A DNA stretch of 64,000 nt from assembly GCA_040902435.1 (NCBI GenBank), contig JBBDXG010000019.1:42779-106778 (forward strand), read 5' to 3'. Below are positions 63,045 to 64,000 of the stretch, in pieces. Each line of letters opens with the position of its first letter. Position 1 is the first letter of the stretch. Source of the DNA: Fimbriimonadaceae bacterium. GTDB lineage: Bacteria; Armatimonadota; Fimbriimonadia; Fimbriimonadales; Fimbriimonadaceae. The notes under the pieces were generated by a model. That model saw only the letters and a list, made by a program, of their open reading frames with translations, made no database searches and was not told the origin of the DNA. The translations under genes and the position numbers were made by a program.

Positions 63045-64000
63045 CTAAGGGTTGACGACGACTTTGATCGTGCTGCTGTGCGGCTTCTTCAGGCCGAACT
63101 GGTCGTGCACGCTCACGGTGATCGTGTAGTTGCCGGGCTTGCGGAACCGCCGCCTGACGTACTGGCCTTCGGCGTCCACGTCCACGCCGTCCGCGGCGTC
63201 GAAGTCCCAGGTGTACCGGAGCTGCGAGGATCCACCGCTGCCGTAGGCCGACAGGACGATCTCGTCGCCTAGGGCCAGGTTCAGTTCGTAGACGCTGGGC
63301 TCGACGTAGAGCGGGGTCGTGTCGTTCACGACCTTGAGCTCGCCGACGTAGAACGTGCCGATCGTGTCGCCGGAAAAGGCGATGGACTTAATCATCTTGT
63401 TGGTCTTGTCGAACCCCGGGATGCTGACGAGGGGGACGCCGACCGACTTCCAGCCGCGCGAGTTCGCAAGCGCTCCGCCCACGTCAACGTAGACCTCCGA
63501 CTTCTTGCCGTCGGACGTCGTGATGATCATTCTCACCTTGGTGAGGGTCGTGTCGAATGTGACCTGCCGCTCCGTGCCGCCGGTCTGGCCTCCGGCCGCA
63601 CCGCCGCCGCCAGCCGCTCCACCGACGCCGCCCGCACCGCCGACTCCGCCGACTCCGCCGGCTCCACCGAGTCCGCCTCCTCCTCCGCCCTTGATGCCGC
63701 CCCCGCCTCCGGCGAGGCCGCCGCCGGATTCGACGGTCGTCGCGGCCGGGGCGCTCAGGGTGATCAGGAACATGTTGGCCTTGTCGGCCGAGGCTCCGGC
63801 CAGGTTCACGGGGTTCTCGAAGTGCACGATCCCGCCCTGGAAGAAGTTGCGCGAGGACACACGGATCGAGCCTCCGCCGTCAAAGGCCGTTTCGGAGGTC
63901 TCAGTGATCGTGCCGGAGCCCCACGGGGTGAGGGTGATCCGCTGGTCCGCGATCGCGATCGTGGGAGCGTAGATGACCTGGGCCTGGGCTGCAACAGCCA
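63045..64000 (-). CDS. Secreted surface protein with a Gly-rich linker and a C-terminal PKD domain (5' end beyond the window)
   Basis: The reading frame stays open upstream of the track start at 63860. I translated ...AVAAQAQVIYAPTIAIADQRITLTPWG... up to position 64000. The C-terminal RYTWDFDAADG...GNYTITVSVHDQFG is PKD-like. The product contains a run of about 45 aa of Gly/Ala/Val. Confidence 0.6.
   Translation of the reverse strand, partial: AVAAQAQVIYAPTIAIADQRITLTPWGSGTITETSETAFDGGGSIRVSSRNFFQGGIVHFENPVNLAGASADKANMFLITLSAPAATTVESGGGLAGGGGGIKGGGGGGLGGAGGVGGVGGAGGVGGAAGGGGAAGGQTGGTERQVTFDTTLTKVRMIITTSDGKKSEVYVDVGGALANSRGWKSVGVPLVSIPGFDKTNKMIKSIAFSGDTIGTFYVGELKVVNDTTPLYVEPSVYELNLALGDEIVLSAYGSGGSSQLRYTWDFDAADGVDVDAEGQYVRRRFRKPGNYTITVSVHDQFGLKKPHSSTIKVVVNP

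Overview
This is a high-GC bacterial chromosomal window with about 60 credible protein-coding genes. The genes are tightly packed, with many 1-17 nt overlaps. I recognised no rRNA, tRNA or CRISPR array by eye. Most content is housekeeping or envelope-related: a glyS 5' fragment, yceD-plsX-fabH, argJ-argC, hisG, purS-purQ, a FadD-type ligase, recF-DUF721(DciA-like)-comEC, valS, cdsA, and S9, S41, NlpC/P60 and rhomboid peptidases. Six things stand out. (i) A translationally coupled operon encodes a lipoprotein, a Dop-like enzyme, UBact (Pup-like, ending ...YRQRSGQ) and a proteasome beta subunit with intact Thr1/Asp17/Lys33. No alpha subunit, Mpa-type ATPase or PafA flanks it. (ii) A 14.5-kb co-directional block (15149-29711) links a 12-repeat DxxG[ND]DxY solenoid protein, a rhomboid protease, a DUF5693-like membrane protein, CsaB, an 872-aa barrel-like protein, two CarboxypepD_reg-type lipoproteins, a 916-aa secreted protein and an LptC/LptA-like protein. 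(iii) A 603-aa protein fuses a PglX/MmeI-like methyltransferase module that lacks the catalytic NPPY region to a C-terminal AlbA_2 (Schlafen-type) domain. Next to it lie a REP array, a decayed S9-peptidase pseudogene and an AT-richer two-gene insert. (iv) A DUF433/DUF5615 toxin-antitoxin-like pair is present. (v) Three consensus parS sites (TGTTTCACGTGAAACA) lie within 1.1 kb around an ABC ATPase gene, which suggests an origin-proximal location. (vi) Several noncoding repeat families occur: a 34-bp REP-like element (4 tandem copies plus dispersed ones), a 3 x 78-bp tandem structured repeat, decamer-phased TTGGTNCGGR tracts, and GC-rich palindromes, one of them in frame inside a gene. UBact, a DUF1559-type prepilin protein and CsaB together suggest an Armatimonadota/PVC-like diderm, but that is inference only. 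Every call comes from reading the translations and the sequence. No database search, HMM or folding run was done, and several start codons are my own re-picks and remain uncertain.
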